A stretch of 64,000 bases of DNA, taken from Macrostomum hystrix. Lineage: Eukaryota > Animalia > Platyhelminthes. Shown piece by piece: positions 26,445-38,061 of this stretch (positions are counted from its first letter, which is position 1; the number at the start of each line of letters is the position of its first letter). The notes below the pieces were generated by a model, which was not told the origin of the DNA, made no database searches, and worked only from the letters and a program-made list of their open reading frames with translations. The stretch is from positions 6,944,001-7,008,000 of the forward strand of contig CATNEN010000039.1 of the NCBI GenBank assembly GCA_950097015.1. The letters are read 5' to 3'. A program made the position numbers and the translations under genes.

Positions 26445-27052
26445 TCCCCCGCCATTCGGTGTTCGACTCGTCTGCTACCACCCGATAAAACTCGAAGTCC
26501 TCCGGAGGAGGAGTTCTGCTAAGTAGATCCATGATGATGCCTTGATCTGTGCGCATTTCTCCAAATACGCATCAATCCTAAATGAATTCGTAAATGCTGC
26601 TGTTTTACCTGATTGAATACCTTTTTGGCGTGCCATAAAGACTACATTTATGCTTGAAATGTGTATCCATTTTTAGAGCATAAGGATACGAATAGCAATG
26701 CCATTGTTTACATTGTCAATGCTCGCTGTAAAGTTCGCTAGGTCTTACTCGTACTTTGCTTCTGATTTAACTGAAACTAATAGTTGCAATTATTCGGCCC
26801 ATCGCTTATTTGTATTAAAAATCAATATTTTATTTTACTCCTGCCCAAATAATTGCGATCGGGTTTAATTTTCTATAAAATGCTGTTGTCTGCTCATCTT
26901 TATTTTGTAGCTTTATCGATCGACTTTTGTCGTTTAGTTTTATCGTGGGTGCTGAAGCATAATTTCGATTGTTGATTTGTTTTTTATCTACTTTTTTTAA
27001 CCTCAGGATGACACAAAATGTGACGAGCTTTTTTATAGGTAACAAAGAGTGA

Positions 27053-27563
27053 GATCAGTGAGCAGTAGAGCGAGATCAGTGAGCAGTTAGGTCAGATCAG
27101 TGAGCAGTTAGGTCAGATCAGTGAGCAGTTAGGTCAGATCAGTGAGCAGTTAGGTCAAATCAGTGAGCAGTTAGGTCAAATCAGTGAGCAGTTAGGTCAA
27201 ATCAGTGAGCAGTTAGGTCAGATCAGTGAGCAGTTAGGTCAGATCAGTGTACAGTTAGGTCAGATCAGTGAGCAGTTAGGTCAGATCAGTGAGCAGTTAG
27301 GTCAGATCAGTGAGCAGTTAGGTCAGATCAGTGAGCAGTTAGGTCAGATCAGTGAGCAGTTAGGTCAGATCAGTGAGCAGTTAGGTCAGATCAGTGAGCA
27401 GTTAGGTCAGATCAGTGAGCATTTAGGTCAGATCAGTGAGCAGTTAGGTCAAATCAGTGAGCAGTTAGGTCAGATCAGTGAGCATTTAGGTCAGATCAGT
27501 GAGCATTTAGGTCAGATCAGTGAGCAGTTAGGTCAGATCAGTGAGCAGTTAGGTCAAATCAGT
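27053..27563. repeat. Minisatellite, ~21-bp unit (cagtgagcagttaggtcagat)
   Basis: About 24 near-perfect copies. Confidence 0.95.
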
Positions 27564-27639
27564 AGGAGTAGAGTAAATATGAGGAATCGTAAGTCACTTG
27601 TCAACTAACACTTAAACCAATGCAACCCCAACCCGCAGC

Positions 27640-29570
27640 AGCAACAGCAGCAGCGGCCCCCTCCGCCGCCGCGGTTTGTCCACGCAGACGCTAGTCTGGC
27701 GCCGGGCGCCGGAGTGACCTACAATGTGCGCTACCTGGGCAATGTTCCAGTGCTGGCCAGCACCAGGTCGCTTAGTCCGGAGATACGCAATCAGGTAGCC
27801 GGGAGTGATTGCTAGGGTGAAGTGTGAACAGCACATTAAAAGACAGTAACTTGTACAAGATGTACAGGGGGTCGCTGGCAGAGCGTTTAACGCGTTTGCC
27901 TATCGCACCAAGGTCCCTGAGGTCGATTCCGCAGCGAGGCCATATTTATTTGGGGCACAGCCGCGAAGAGAAGGCTTGGGGTCTTGTATTGCAATTTACG
28001 CCCTTGAGAGCCAACCCCCAAGGCACAGTGAGAGTGTGCACTGCCTGACGATACGAAAGCCAAGGAAGATGTACACACCTGTGTTATTGCATGCCTGCGT
28101 ACAGTACAGTCACCGAAATGGGCAGAATTGCCTCCTCGCTGGCTGCGGGTCTGGTGTCACCAAATGATGTGCCTGTGCACACAGCCCATTGCGATCTGTT
28201 CATTACGAAGTGATAGAAGTACATTTTAATGGCAGAAGTGGCAGAAGTACAGAAATGCTTCAGGGATTGCGTATTTTTTATTTCGCTGCCACAGGTGACT
28301 CGTGCCGCTATCTCCATGTGCTGCGATGCCGACTTCGGTTATCGTCGTCGACCAGCGGCGTCGCCTTTGTCATCGCAGGCCGCGGCGGCCGCCCACCTAG
28401 GCGAACGGCCGGTGCTGCAGTTCTGCGGCCGGCCAGCGGGCATCACCATCAGTACCCGGTCCATCGCAGTGCTGGCCGCCGACACCCAGGAGACGATCGC
28501 GCATCACAATCTCATCAATGTATCATTCGCCAGCGGCGGAGATCCCGACACGGCCGACTGTGTAGCCTACGTTGCTAAGGACTCGTTGCTAGGCCGCGCC
28601 TGTCACGTGATCGAGTGTCCGGAGGGCCTGGCAGCCGAGGTGGTCTCCACTATCGGGCAGGCGTTCGAGCTGCGATATCGGGGAGCGTTCGGTATCGATA
28701 ATCCCGCGACGCCGGCAATCAATCATCAACAGCAGCAGCAGCAGCAGCAGCTGCTCATCAGCTCGCCGGCTGCAGCTCAGTATGTTGAAGTTCGACCCGG
28801 TGAAGTCCCAGTTGGCAATCTGTTGAATCTGGACGACAATTTCAATGAATCAAACCTCGCTAGCGGCTTCAATGTCGGCGAAGCGTCGGCTTCAGATGTC
28901 GATGGTCAGTTTTCAATGAAATGAACTCGATATTCATGTAATGACAGTCAAAACGCAGCTAGCGAAAGGCAAGTCTGCCTATTCCACTGACTCCTGAACA
29001 CGCACCTAAAGGATGTACATCTGCCTGACTTTCTCATCGTCAAGCAGTGCACACTCTGTGCGGCTGTACCCAGAATTGGTGTGACCTGGAGCTCAAGGCT
29101 ACTCATTGCTGATTTTGTATTTGGAGTCGCATTCGTATTGTAATAGTTTGATTTACTCTACCTCAGGTGGCATCCCTGCTCAACCCTTGACGTCTTCGCC
29201 GCCACCGCCGCCGCCGCCGCGTCAAGCGCCGTCTTCCGCTGCCGCCTCCGTCTACGTCCCGGAGCCAATATCGCAGCCGTGGTACCATGGTGCCATCGGC
29301 CGTCAACAGGCTGAGCAGCTTCTGTCCGCAGCCGGCGACTTTCTTGTCCGCGCCGCCACGGGCCAGCCGGGCCAGTTTGTCCTCACCGGCCGGCTTGCCG
29401 AGGGTCGCTGCAAGCACCTGTTGCTGGTGGATCCCGATGGCCGAGTTCGAACTCGTGACCGCACCTTCGACAGTCTGGAACAATTAGTGGCCTTTCACTT
29501 AGACAGCCGGCTGCCCATTGTTAGCGAAGACAGCGAGCTCGTGCTCTGCTGCCCCGTGTCCCGAGCTTAG
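27640..29570 (+). CDS. SHC1: SHC-family adaptor protein (PTB - CH1 - SH2); 5' end unresolved
   Basis: Exons ~27640-27794 (FVHADASL..GVTYNVRYLG.V.VLAS.RSL..RNQ), 28295-28904 (VTRAAI..IAHHNLINVSFASGGDPDTADCVAYVAKD..RACHVIEC..TIGQAFELRY), 29167-29570 (WYHG..GDFLVR..GQFVLTG..KHLLLVDPDGRVRTRD). The start codon is ambiguous; the ATG at 27580 with splicing is possible. Confidence 0.93.
27865..28180 (+). mobile_element. tRNA-derived SINE family B, near full length (intronic)
   Basis: A-box TGGCAGAGCGTTTAA, B-box GGTCGATTCC, ~310 bp; homologous to 50110-50440 and 53615-53925. Confidence 0.85.
28968..29105 (-). mobile_element. Internally deleted SINE family B (intronic)
   Basis: tgtacatctgcctgactttctcatcgtcaagcagtgcacactc matches the family B hairpin. 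Confidence 0.75.
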
Positions 29571-30162
29571 CTGCCAGATTCTGCTCATAGCGTTGCTCTA
29601 CTGCCCACGTGTCTGAACCTCCTGGAGATTAATCTGTACCTTAGTTTCTAAACATATCGGCAAGTACGACTCTAGTGAGTTATTTCTCTCACTCTCTCTA
29701 GAGAGTGATAGGACAGCAATCCAGTGCGTCTCCACATCTACCCAGTATCAATCCACGCATACTATAAAAGTTGATATCGTTGCTGTTTTTTATCTGTAAT
29801 TTTTGCTGTGTGTTTTTTCGTGTCATTCTTTAAATTTCATTCGTAATTTTTTGCACTGTTTATTGGATTGCGGATCATCATCTTTCGCAACTTTGTCAAA
29901 CGTTTGTTGGACTCCATGACCGACTGCTGCTTCAATTTGTGAAACAGTTCATTATCTGTTCGTTTACCACTTATGCATTAGCGGCTAAATTTCTCACGAT
30001 GCTTATATTGCCAAACGGACATTTGATCGCTGTTCCGTATCAATTTTTATGTGCCTATAACTGTCGATTTTTTCAGTCAATTCTCTTATCGTTGGTTTTT
30101 TGGCTTTATATTGGGTTTTATTTTACTTTGCTTGTTTTTATACGCTCCATTTATTGCGGCGC

Positions 30163-31903
30163 TGTACACTTAGGGCAGCGGCTGTCTGGCATTGATGTAC
30201 ATTTAGGGCAGAGAGAACTGGCTGGCATTAATGTACATTTAGGGCAGAGAGAACTGGCTGGCATTAATGTACATTTAGGGCAGAGAGAACTGGCTGGCAT
30301 TAATGTACATTTAGGGCAGAGAGAACTGGCTGGCATTAATGTACATTTAGGGCAGAGAGAACTGGCTGGCATTAATGTACATTTAGGGCAGAGAGAACTG
30401 GCTGGCATCAATGTACATTTAGGGCAGAGAGAACTGGCTGGCATTAATGTACATTTAGGGCAGAGAGAACTGGCTGGCATTAATGTACGAGGGGTGTCCA
30501 AAAAGTAGTGGGAATTTTCAACGTAGCTCATAATCGGATTCAGGCACATTAAATTCCTTTACGTTTTTGAAAGCGGATTTATGTATCTCTGTTACTTTTT
30601 TTAATTTTGCATTTATCTTCTGGCATTAAAAAGTTATTAACAATTTAGTGCAGTTCCCCAGGGTACAACTTACAGAACCTTTAACAAGTAGTCATTACGA
30701 CGAAACATGACAACAAACTATCAATCGTAATCCCATTGAAGTTCATCTTAACGTCAACTCAAATGTCCTTTTCATCAGGGATGGAGACCTTCTCCACGTA
30801 GTCGCCTTTGCAGCTGATGCACTTCTCCCAGCGAGTACGCAACGAATCAATTGCATGAGCGTATTGCTCCTTGGGAATCGCAAAAACAAGGATGCGCCGA
30901 ACCTCTTCTTCAAGGCAGTGACGATTCGCGTAGACTTTGCCTCGAAGCAGCTCCTTCAGTCTCGGAAAAAGACAAGTCTGCTGGCGCCAAGTCAGGGGAG
31001 TAGGGTGGGTGAGGCAAGAATTCAAACTTCATGCCCTGAATTGCCTCCACTGTCTTTGAAGCCGTGTGCGGTCGGGCATTGTCGTGGTGGAGAACTGAGG
31101 GCTTGATTCCAGTGCGCCGTTTATTGTGGATGTCAGCCTTGAGCTTCATCAGAGACAAGATGTAGCGCCCCGCATTGACAGTTGTGTTTGGCTCTAGGAA
31201 ATCGATTGTCAAGGGGCCGTGACAATCGAAAAAAAGCAGCAGCATCAGCGGATGTCTGACATGTTTGCACAATCTTCGGATGCTTCAAATGCGCAAGTTG
31301 ACAAATGCTTGGCTGAGCTGGCTTGCATCTAAAGCCTGAGATTGCCTGGCTTTGGTGATGCTTGCATGAGCATAGTTCTCATGTTGAGCCCATAGACATG
31401 CTCAAGCATTTCTGTAGGCATCATCCCGTAAACTTAATGCAGAAAAAGTACAAAGCAAAACTTTCTTCATTGAAAGCCTTCAAAATGTCATCTTCTGTAA
31501 GTCGTAACCTGGAGTCGTACTAAATGGCTCATAACTTTTGAATCCCGGAAGATATTTGCAAAAAAATTTTGCATATATCGATAAATCCTCTTTCAAGAAA
31601 AGTTAACGAGATTAATGTATCTGAATCCAACTATGAGCTACGTTGAAAATTCCCACTACTTTTTGGACACCCCTCGTAAATTTAGGACAGAGAGAACTGG
31701 CTGGCATGGATGTACATTTAGGGCTGATAGAACTGTCTCGCATTGATGTACATTTAGGGCAGAGAGAACTGGCTGGCATTGATGTACATTTAGGGCAGAG
31801 AGAACTGGCTGGCATTGATGTACATTTAGGGCAGAGAGAACTGGCTGGCATTGATGTACATTTAGGGCAGAGAGAACTGGCTGGCATTGATGTACATTTA
31901 GGG
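30163..31903. repeat. 36-bp minisatellite (gtacatttagggcagagagaactggctggcatt[a/g]at) interrupted by a mariner
   Basis: About 9 copies at 30163-30487 and about 6 at 31677-31903. Confidence 0.95.
30488..31676 (-). mobile_element. Defective mariner (DD34D) transposon
   Basis: TA-CGAGGGGTGTCCAAAAAGTAGTGGGAATTTTCAACGTAGCTCATA... perfect TIR, extending imperfectly to ~150 bp; TA TSD. Transposase remnant 31272-30759 has HDNARPH...HPPYSPDLAPAD (34-aa D-D spacing), then a frameshift to LFPRLKE..RWEKCI..GDYVEK. The N-terminus and first Asp region are deleted. Confidence 0.95.
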
Positions 31904-32373
31904 TTTCATAAGATAAGTGTCTATAGAGCGCTGTCCGCTATCACATCGGTGCCGATTCCTAGTACGATTGTTCATCTCTATTAGCCAATCAACAGTGCAG
32001 CTGTTTTGATGTGAATTGTTTTTTCAGTCAATTATTTCTTCTAATCTAGCAAGCGTAAACTTTACAAATCAACTCTGATATTTTCTATTTCGAATTGTAT
32101 GTTGTGTGCAATTTTTTAATTATTTCTCCCAGCTTTATTCCGGTTCTGATTTTCTGCCGAGTTGCTGATGCAATCTTGTCTATGTACACACACATCTAGA
32201 TAGTCAACTATACACACTAATTGGGTGCTGCGTCATTGTTACGCAATCAATTACATTTGACTTTAGCCCAGCTACAACAGCTGTGTTCCTATCGACCGCG
32301 CAAAAGCTTGCCCAAATCAGGTGCAGGACTCAATAGCTCAAAGCCTTGACTCTGTCTATAGCTCTCTTTCATT

Positions 32374-34943
32374 AAAATGCAATCGGGTGGGGTGAGATGC
32401 AGTTAAATGCAATCCGGTGGTGTGAGATGCAGTTAAATGCAATCGGGTGGTTTGAGATGCAGTTTAATGCAATCGGGTGGTTTGAGATGCAGTTAAGTGC
32501 AATCGGGTGGTGTGAGATGCAGTTAAATGCAATCGGGTGGTGTGAGATGCAGTTAAATGCAATCCGGTGGTGTGAGATGCAGTTAAATGCAATCGGGTGG
32601 TGTGAGATGCAGTTAAATGCAATCGGGTGGTGTGAGGTGCAGTTAAGTGCAATCGGGTGGTGTGAGATGCAGTTAAATGCAATCCGGTGGTGTGAGATGC
32701 AGTTAAATGCAATCGGGTGGTGTGAGGTGCAGTTAAGTGCAATCGGGTGGTGTGAGATGCAGTTAAATGCAATCCGGTGGTGTGAGATGCAGTTAAATGC
32801 AATCGGGTGGTGTGAGGTGCAGTTAAGTGCAATCGGGTGGTGTGAGATGCAGTTAAATGCAATCGGGTGGTGTGAGATGCAGTTAAATGCAATCGGGTGG
32901 TGTGAGATGCAGTTAAATGCAATCCGGTGGTGTGAGATGCAGTTAAATGCAATCCGGTGGTGTGAGATGCAGTTAAATGCAATCCGGTGGTGTGAGATGC
33001 AGTTAAATGCAATCGGGTGGTGTGAGGTGCAGTTAAGTGCAATCGGGTGGTGTGAGATGCAGTTAAATGCAATCGGGTGGTGTGAGATGCAGTTAAATGC
33101 AATCGGGTGGTGTGAGATGCAGTTAAATGCAATCGGGTGGTGTGAGATGCAGTTAAATGCAATCGGGTGGTGTGAGATGCAGTTAAATGCAATCCGGTGG
33201 TGTGAGATGCAGTTAAATGCAATCGGGTGGTGTGAGGTGCAGTTAAGTGCAATCGGGTGGTGTGAGATGCAGTTAAATGCAATCGGGTGGTGTGAGATGC
33301 AGTTAAATGCAATCGGGTGGTGTGAGATGCAGTTAAATGCAATCGGGTGGTGTGAGATGCAGTTAAATGCAATCGGGTGGTGTGAGATGCAGTTAAATGC
33401 AATCGGGTGGTGTGAGGTGCAGTTAAGTGCAATCGGGTGGTGTGAGATGCAGTTAAATGCAATCCGGTGGTGTGAGATGCAGTTAAATGCAATCGGGTGG
33501 TGTGAGGTGCAGTTAAGTGCAATCGGGTGGTGTGAGATGCAGTTAAATGCAATCGGGTGGTGTGAGGTGCAGTTAAGTGCAATCGGGTGGTGTGAGATGC
33601 AGTTAAATGCAATCGGGTGGTGTGAGATGCAGTTAAATGCAATCGGGTGGTGTGAGATGCAGTTAAATGCAATCGGGTGGTGTGAGATGCAGTTAAATGC
33701 AATCGGGTGGTGTGAGATGCAGTTAAATGCAATCGGGTGGTGTGAGATGCAGTTAAATGCAATCGGGTGGTGTGAGATGCAGTTAAATGCAATCCGGTGG
33801 TGTGAGATGCAGTTAAATGCAATCGGGTGGTGTGAGGTGCAGTTAAGTGCAATCGGGTGGTGTGAGATGCAGTTAAATGCAATCCGGTGGTGTGGGATGC
33901 AGTTAAATGCAATCCGGTGGTGTGAGGTGCAGTTAAGTGCAATCGGGTGGTGTGAGATGCAGTTAAATGCAATCGGGTGGTGTGAGATGCAGTTAAATGC
34001 AATCGGGTGGTGTGAGATGCAGTTAAATGCAATCGGGTGGTGTGAGATGCAGTTAAATGCAATCGGGTGGTGTGAGATGCAGTTAAATGCAATCCGGTGG
34101 TGTGAGATGCAGTTAAATGCAATCGGGTGGTGTGAGGTGCAGTTAAGTGCAATCGGGTGGTGTGAGATGCAGTTAAATGCAATCGGGTGTTGTGAGATGC
34201 AGTTAAATGCAATCGGGTGGTGTGAGATGCAGTTAAATGCAATCGGGTGGTGTGAGATGCAGTTAAATGCAATCGGGTGGTGTGAGATGCAGTTAAATGC
34301 AATCCGGTGGTGTGAGATGCAGTTAAATGCAATCGGGTGGTGTGAGGTGCAGTTAAGTGCAATCGGGTGGTGTGAGATGCAGTTAAATGCAATCGGGTGG
34401 TGTGAGATGCAGTTAAATGCAATCGGGTGGTGTGAGATGCAGTTAAATGCAATCCGGTGGTGTGAGATGCAGTTAAATGCAATCCGGTGGTGTGAGATGC
34501 AGTTAAATGCAATCCGGTGGTGTGAGATGCAGTTAAATGCAATCGGGTGGTGTGAGGTGCAGTTAAGTGCAATCGGGTGGTGTGAGATGCAGTTAAATGC
34601 AATCGGGTGGTGTGAGATGCAGTTAAATGCAATCGGGTGGTGTGAGGTGCAGTTAAATGCAATCGGGTGGTGTGAGATGCAGTTAAATGCAATCGGGTGG
34701 TGTGAGATGCAGTTAAATGCAATCCGGTGGTGTGAGATGCAGTTAAATGCAATCGGGTGGTGTGAGGTGCAGTTAAGTGCAATCGGGTGGTGTGAGATGC
34801 AGTTAAATGCAATCGGGTGGTGTGAGATGCAGTTAAATGCAATCGGGTGGTGTGAGATGCAGTTAAATGCAATCCGGTGGTGTGAGATGCAGTTAAATGC
34901 AATCCGGTGGTGTGAGGTGCAGTTAAATGCAATCCGGTGGTGT
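32374..34943. repeat. 30-bp minisatellite (agttaaatgcaatcgggtggtgtgagatgc)
   Basis: About 85 copies; explains the 849-aa and 846-aa repeat ORFs. Confidence 0.98.
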
Positions 34944-35238
34944 TAAACGCAGTAGGCCGAAGCATTTCTGTTGTACTCGTACATGAGGTCCAACTATACA
35001 ACACGTGTTGTACATGTGTAAAAAAGTCGAAAAATTTTGAAAAAATGCAGCTGCGCTATGCACTGATGGAGCTCTATGGGAGCTTCATCAGTTGAGCTGA
35101 CTCGTCGAAATGGTTACGACCAGCTTCTCAATAGCGCAATACAAAACATAACAATGACGCGAAATATCTAGTCACGCTTCTGATTTAGTAGTGGATTCAC
35201 ACTGGATTAACAAATGGTTATCTCGAAACTGTCAAACT

Positions 35239-35245
35239 TATAAAT
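35239..35245 (+). promoter_or_regulatory. Candidate TATA box of the lectin gene
   Basis: TATAAAT lies about 30 nt before the first ATG (35272) of the ORF. Confidence 0.4.
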
Positions 35246-35346
35246 AGCAGCAGTAGGGCTGGAGCAATAAAATGCTTTCAACCTGTCAATTCCTAGCCAG
35301 TCGTCACAACGGCACACGCAGATTACATCTATATACTCTAAATAAC

Positions 35347-36111
35347 ATGCTATCGGAGGCCACCTTCCTCGTCGCCGTCTGCGTCCTCGGCTATATTGAA
35401 GCGGAGCGGTGCTCCGTCACCGAGTCATTCACGGAGGTGACCGCCAGCTTGTGCATCAGCAGTGAGTTCTCGGAGACGCCCCTCGGCAGCGCTGTGGCAT
35501 CGGAGCTCCAGTGCTCCCTGCTGTGCGCCAGTCGTCGGCGATGCCAGGCATTCAGCATTGCACACGGTCCGTGCGAGCTGTTCGTGTTTGACAGGTGCAG
35601 CAAACACGTGAGAAATTGCAGCTGCTCAGCCACTGGTCGCATCTTTGTGAGGAGACAGTCGGGTCTGCAGCCGGGAAGGCTGTGTCCGTCTGGCTATGAT
35701 GAGCAGCTGTGCGGAGTGAGGTACAAGCTGTACAACAACTCGGGCTACTGGTGGCAGAGCAGGCAGAGGTGCGACAATGAGAGTGGTCTCGTCATCATGG
35801 CCGATGTGGTGGACGCTGCAGAGATGAGCTTCATCAACTCGAAGTTCAGCAGCGTGTACTCGAGCGGCGGCTCCGTGTGGCTCGGAGGCTTGAAGACAGC
35901 GAGCAGTGCCGAGCCAGGCGGAGGCTGGCAGTGGGTGAGCTGCGGCCTGAACGTGAGCGCCGGCCTCTGGGCCGACAAGGAGCCCAACAACAGCGGAGGG
36001 AATGAGAACGTCATTTGCCGCTACAACTTGTACTCGGGTTTGACTGACACCTCGGAGAACTCAGCCATTCCAACCAACACGCTGTGCGAGTGCGTGTCAC
36101 CTTTCTTCTAA
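35347..36111 (+). CDS. Secreted PAN/apple-like + C-type lectin domain protein
   Basis: Signal-peptide-like MLSEATFLVAVCVLGYIEA; PAN-like SELQCSLLC...CQAF...CELF; CTLD with WWQSRQRC, VWLGG, WQW, W..EPNN..NENV, LTD, CEC. An in-frame upstream ATG at 35272 is an alternative start. Confidence 0.85.
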   Translation: MLSEATFLVAVCVLGYIEAERCSVTESFTEVTASLCISSEFSETPLGSAVASELQCSLLCASRRRCQAFSIAHGPCELFVFDRCSKHVRNCSCSATGRIFVRRQSGLQPGRLCPSGYDEQLCGVRYKLYNNSGYWWQSRQRCDNESGLVIMADVVDAAEMSFINSKFSSVYSSGGSVWLGGLKTASSAEPGGGWQWVSCGLNVSAGLWADKEPNNSGGNENVICRYNLYSGLTDTSENSAIPTNTLCECVSPFF

Positions 36112-36534
36112 CCTGACCTACATGTACCAATCTATAAATTTGGTACGATAGCGAAGTGCCATCGATTCGATGCGCAGTCAGTGCCAAGCATTAAAATATT
36201 TATCGATGAATTTTTACTCGTAATTTGAATGTCGATCATTTTAATGGGCCGTCATGGACACCCTGACAGGAAGGTCCATTCGTTGACTTCAAGACTTATG
36301 CGGTGTTTAAAATATTCTGAAATAGCAATGACTAGACTATCCGTTAAAACTTTTTTTACTGATGCAAAAAATCAGTAAAAAATCTGTAAAAAAGCAGTGC
36401 GACTTTTCAGTCCAATGCCCAGTCGAGTGATACGAGCGTAAATTGGCTTCAATTCGACATACAACAGAGCTATATAGGAACAGTTTACAAGTTTGCGAAT
36501 GTAACACACTAAAAGTGAGGAACGAACCTCGCCC

Positions 36535-36583
36535 TGGCTGACCGAGACCGGTTTCTGGCTTGTTTGCCTTCGTCAGTCAGCCA
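36535..36583 (-). ncRNA. Minimal type-I hammerhead ribozyme-like motif (Penelope-type)
   Basis: The minus strand reads UGGCUGA-CUGACGA-AGGC-AAACAA-GCCA-GAAA-CCGG-UC-UCGG-UCAGCCA: CUGANGA/GAAA core, stem I, stem II GGC/GCC, palindromic stem III CCGG and a GUC site. Confidence 0.55.
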
Positions 36584-37304
36584 TAGCCACACGCCGTCCT
36601 CTCCCACCACTCTTAGTGTGCACAGAAGTCTCTTTTAAGCTTGCCATTTTTATGGCGATATTTTTAGTGTTATGTGAGAGTTTTGCAGCCAAGTCTTTGC
36701 TTTTCTACTGTTGTCAGTAGTCTGAATTGTGCGGCTCGTATCTCTCACAGCGAACAAATTCTGTTGGATGTACCAGCTTTTCCGAACTTAATTTTATAAA
36801 AATTAAAAATTTGACAAATCATACATTTCAAGTTACAGTTTAGCGATGGAACACTTTCGAATATACTTTGTACTTTAGGCGAGCAATTCAAAGCCGTATG
36901 GGTACAGGCCCGTTCTATAAAGCTTTCGTAAGTTCCGTCGTACGCTCTAACTTACGCACGAGAACTACTTAAGAACTGTCTGAGAACGTTCTTTCGTGCG
37001 TTCAGAAAAAATTTCGCATATGCGTCGTAACTTACGCAGGGGCTGCGATCAAACTTAAGCACTGGCGTCCTACTTTTACCGTAAGCGGAATTTTTACCGT
37101 CCCTTTTTAGTCCTCTTTGAGACGCATGCTGTACTTATTTAGTAATTCAAGTAACGAATGACACTCACGTTTTCATATCAATAGACAAAAAACATCGAAC
37201 GGCAATATTGTATTGCCCTTGGTTCACACCACCATTATATTTAACTACTGTTGCCACAACAGATTCCAAAACTGACAGGTCATTGATACTCAGAGAAAGA
37301 AGGC

Positions 37305-38060
37305 CTACACGTCATTAAAATGGACCAATTGCCTACTCTCAAAATTCTTTTTTGTCTCCTTGTCGATCGCCAGTCTCTCCTGCTCAATGCGTAGACGCTC
37401 CCTCTTGATCTGCAGCCTCTCTTTCTCGACGAAAAATCGGTCAGTTTCGATCTTCAGTCGGTCTTCCTCCACCCGGAGACGTTTTGTTTCCAAGGATCCA
37501 ATCAGCTCAAGCTTGCTTTGATCTGTCTGACGCTTCTTGTTCTTGGCAGCAGAAGAGGCAGCAGGGGTGGCAGCAGACTCTTCGCTGTCTCCATCGTCGG
37601 CAGTGTCGTACTCAGGCGATGCACATCTGCCAACTTCTTCGACAGATTTACCAGCAGGTGAACTAGCAGCCACCGAGCTTGATGACGCAGCTTGTCCCTT
37701 AGATGCAGGTAACTGCAACGTGTCAACACACACCTTCCACGACCTGGGGTCGGATCGACTGCGCAGCCTTCTCCTCGAAGCTCGACAACTGCGGGGCCTG
37801 CGACGGACCTCCTCCTGTCTTAGCTTGCTCCTTGCGGATGCTGGCGACCTTGTGCTTCAGTTGACTCTTGAAGTCGGACCACCGCTTGCGGCAGTTCTCG
37901 GCTGATCGTCCTTGTCCGCCGACTGAATTCACGATATCGGCAATTTGCTGCCATCCGCGCTTTTTGCGTAAATTTGCTTCTACAGTATTAGCGGAGCTCT
38001 CCAAGTAATTTTTGCGCTTGGTCGTAGCCTCCTGCAGTGTCTCGATTTCAACTGCAGTTG
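37305..38060 (-). pseudogene. Harbinger Myb/SANT-like DNA-binding protein, 5'-truncated and frameshifted
   Basis: KKRGWQQIADIVNSV..RSAENCRKRWSDFKSQLK..KTGGGP (trihelix Myb/NAIF1-type), followed by a coiled-coil tail; frameshift near 37730. Confidence 0.85.
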
Positions 38061-38061
38061 C

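Noticed and set aside
27620-27694. ATG at 27620 as the SHC start
   Set aside because: Out of frame with the PTB domain and stops after 24 codons.
28030-28080. Hammerhead ribozyme in the SINE B hairpin (CUGACGA..GAAA)
   Set aside because: No stem II or stem III can form; a simple hairpin explains the sequence.
18595-34943. Tandem arrays as CRISPR-like arrays
   Set aside because: Units are contiguous with no unique spacers, there are no cas genes, and the context is eukaryotic.
32397-35004. 849-aa and 846-aa ORFs
   Set aside because: Translations of a stop-free 30-bp minisatellite on both strands, with no unique coding sequence.
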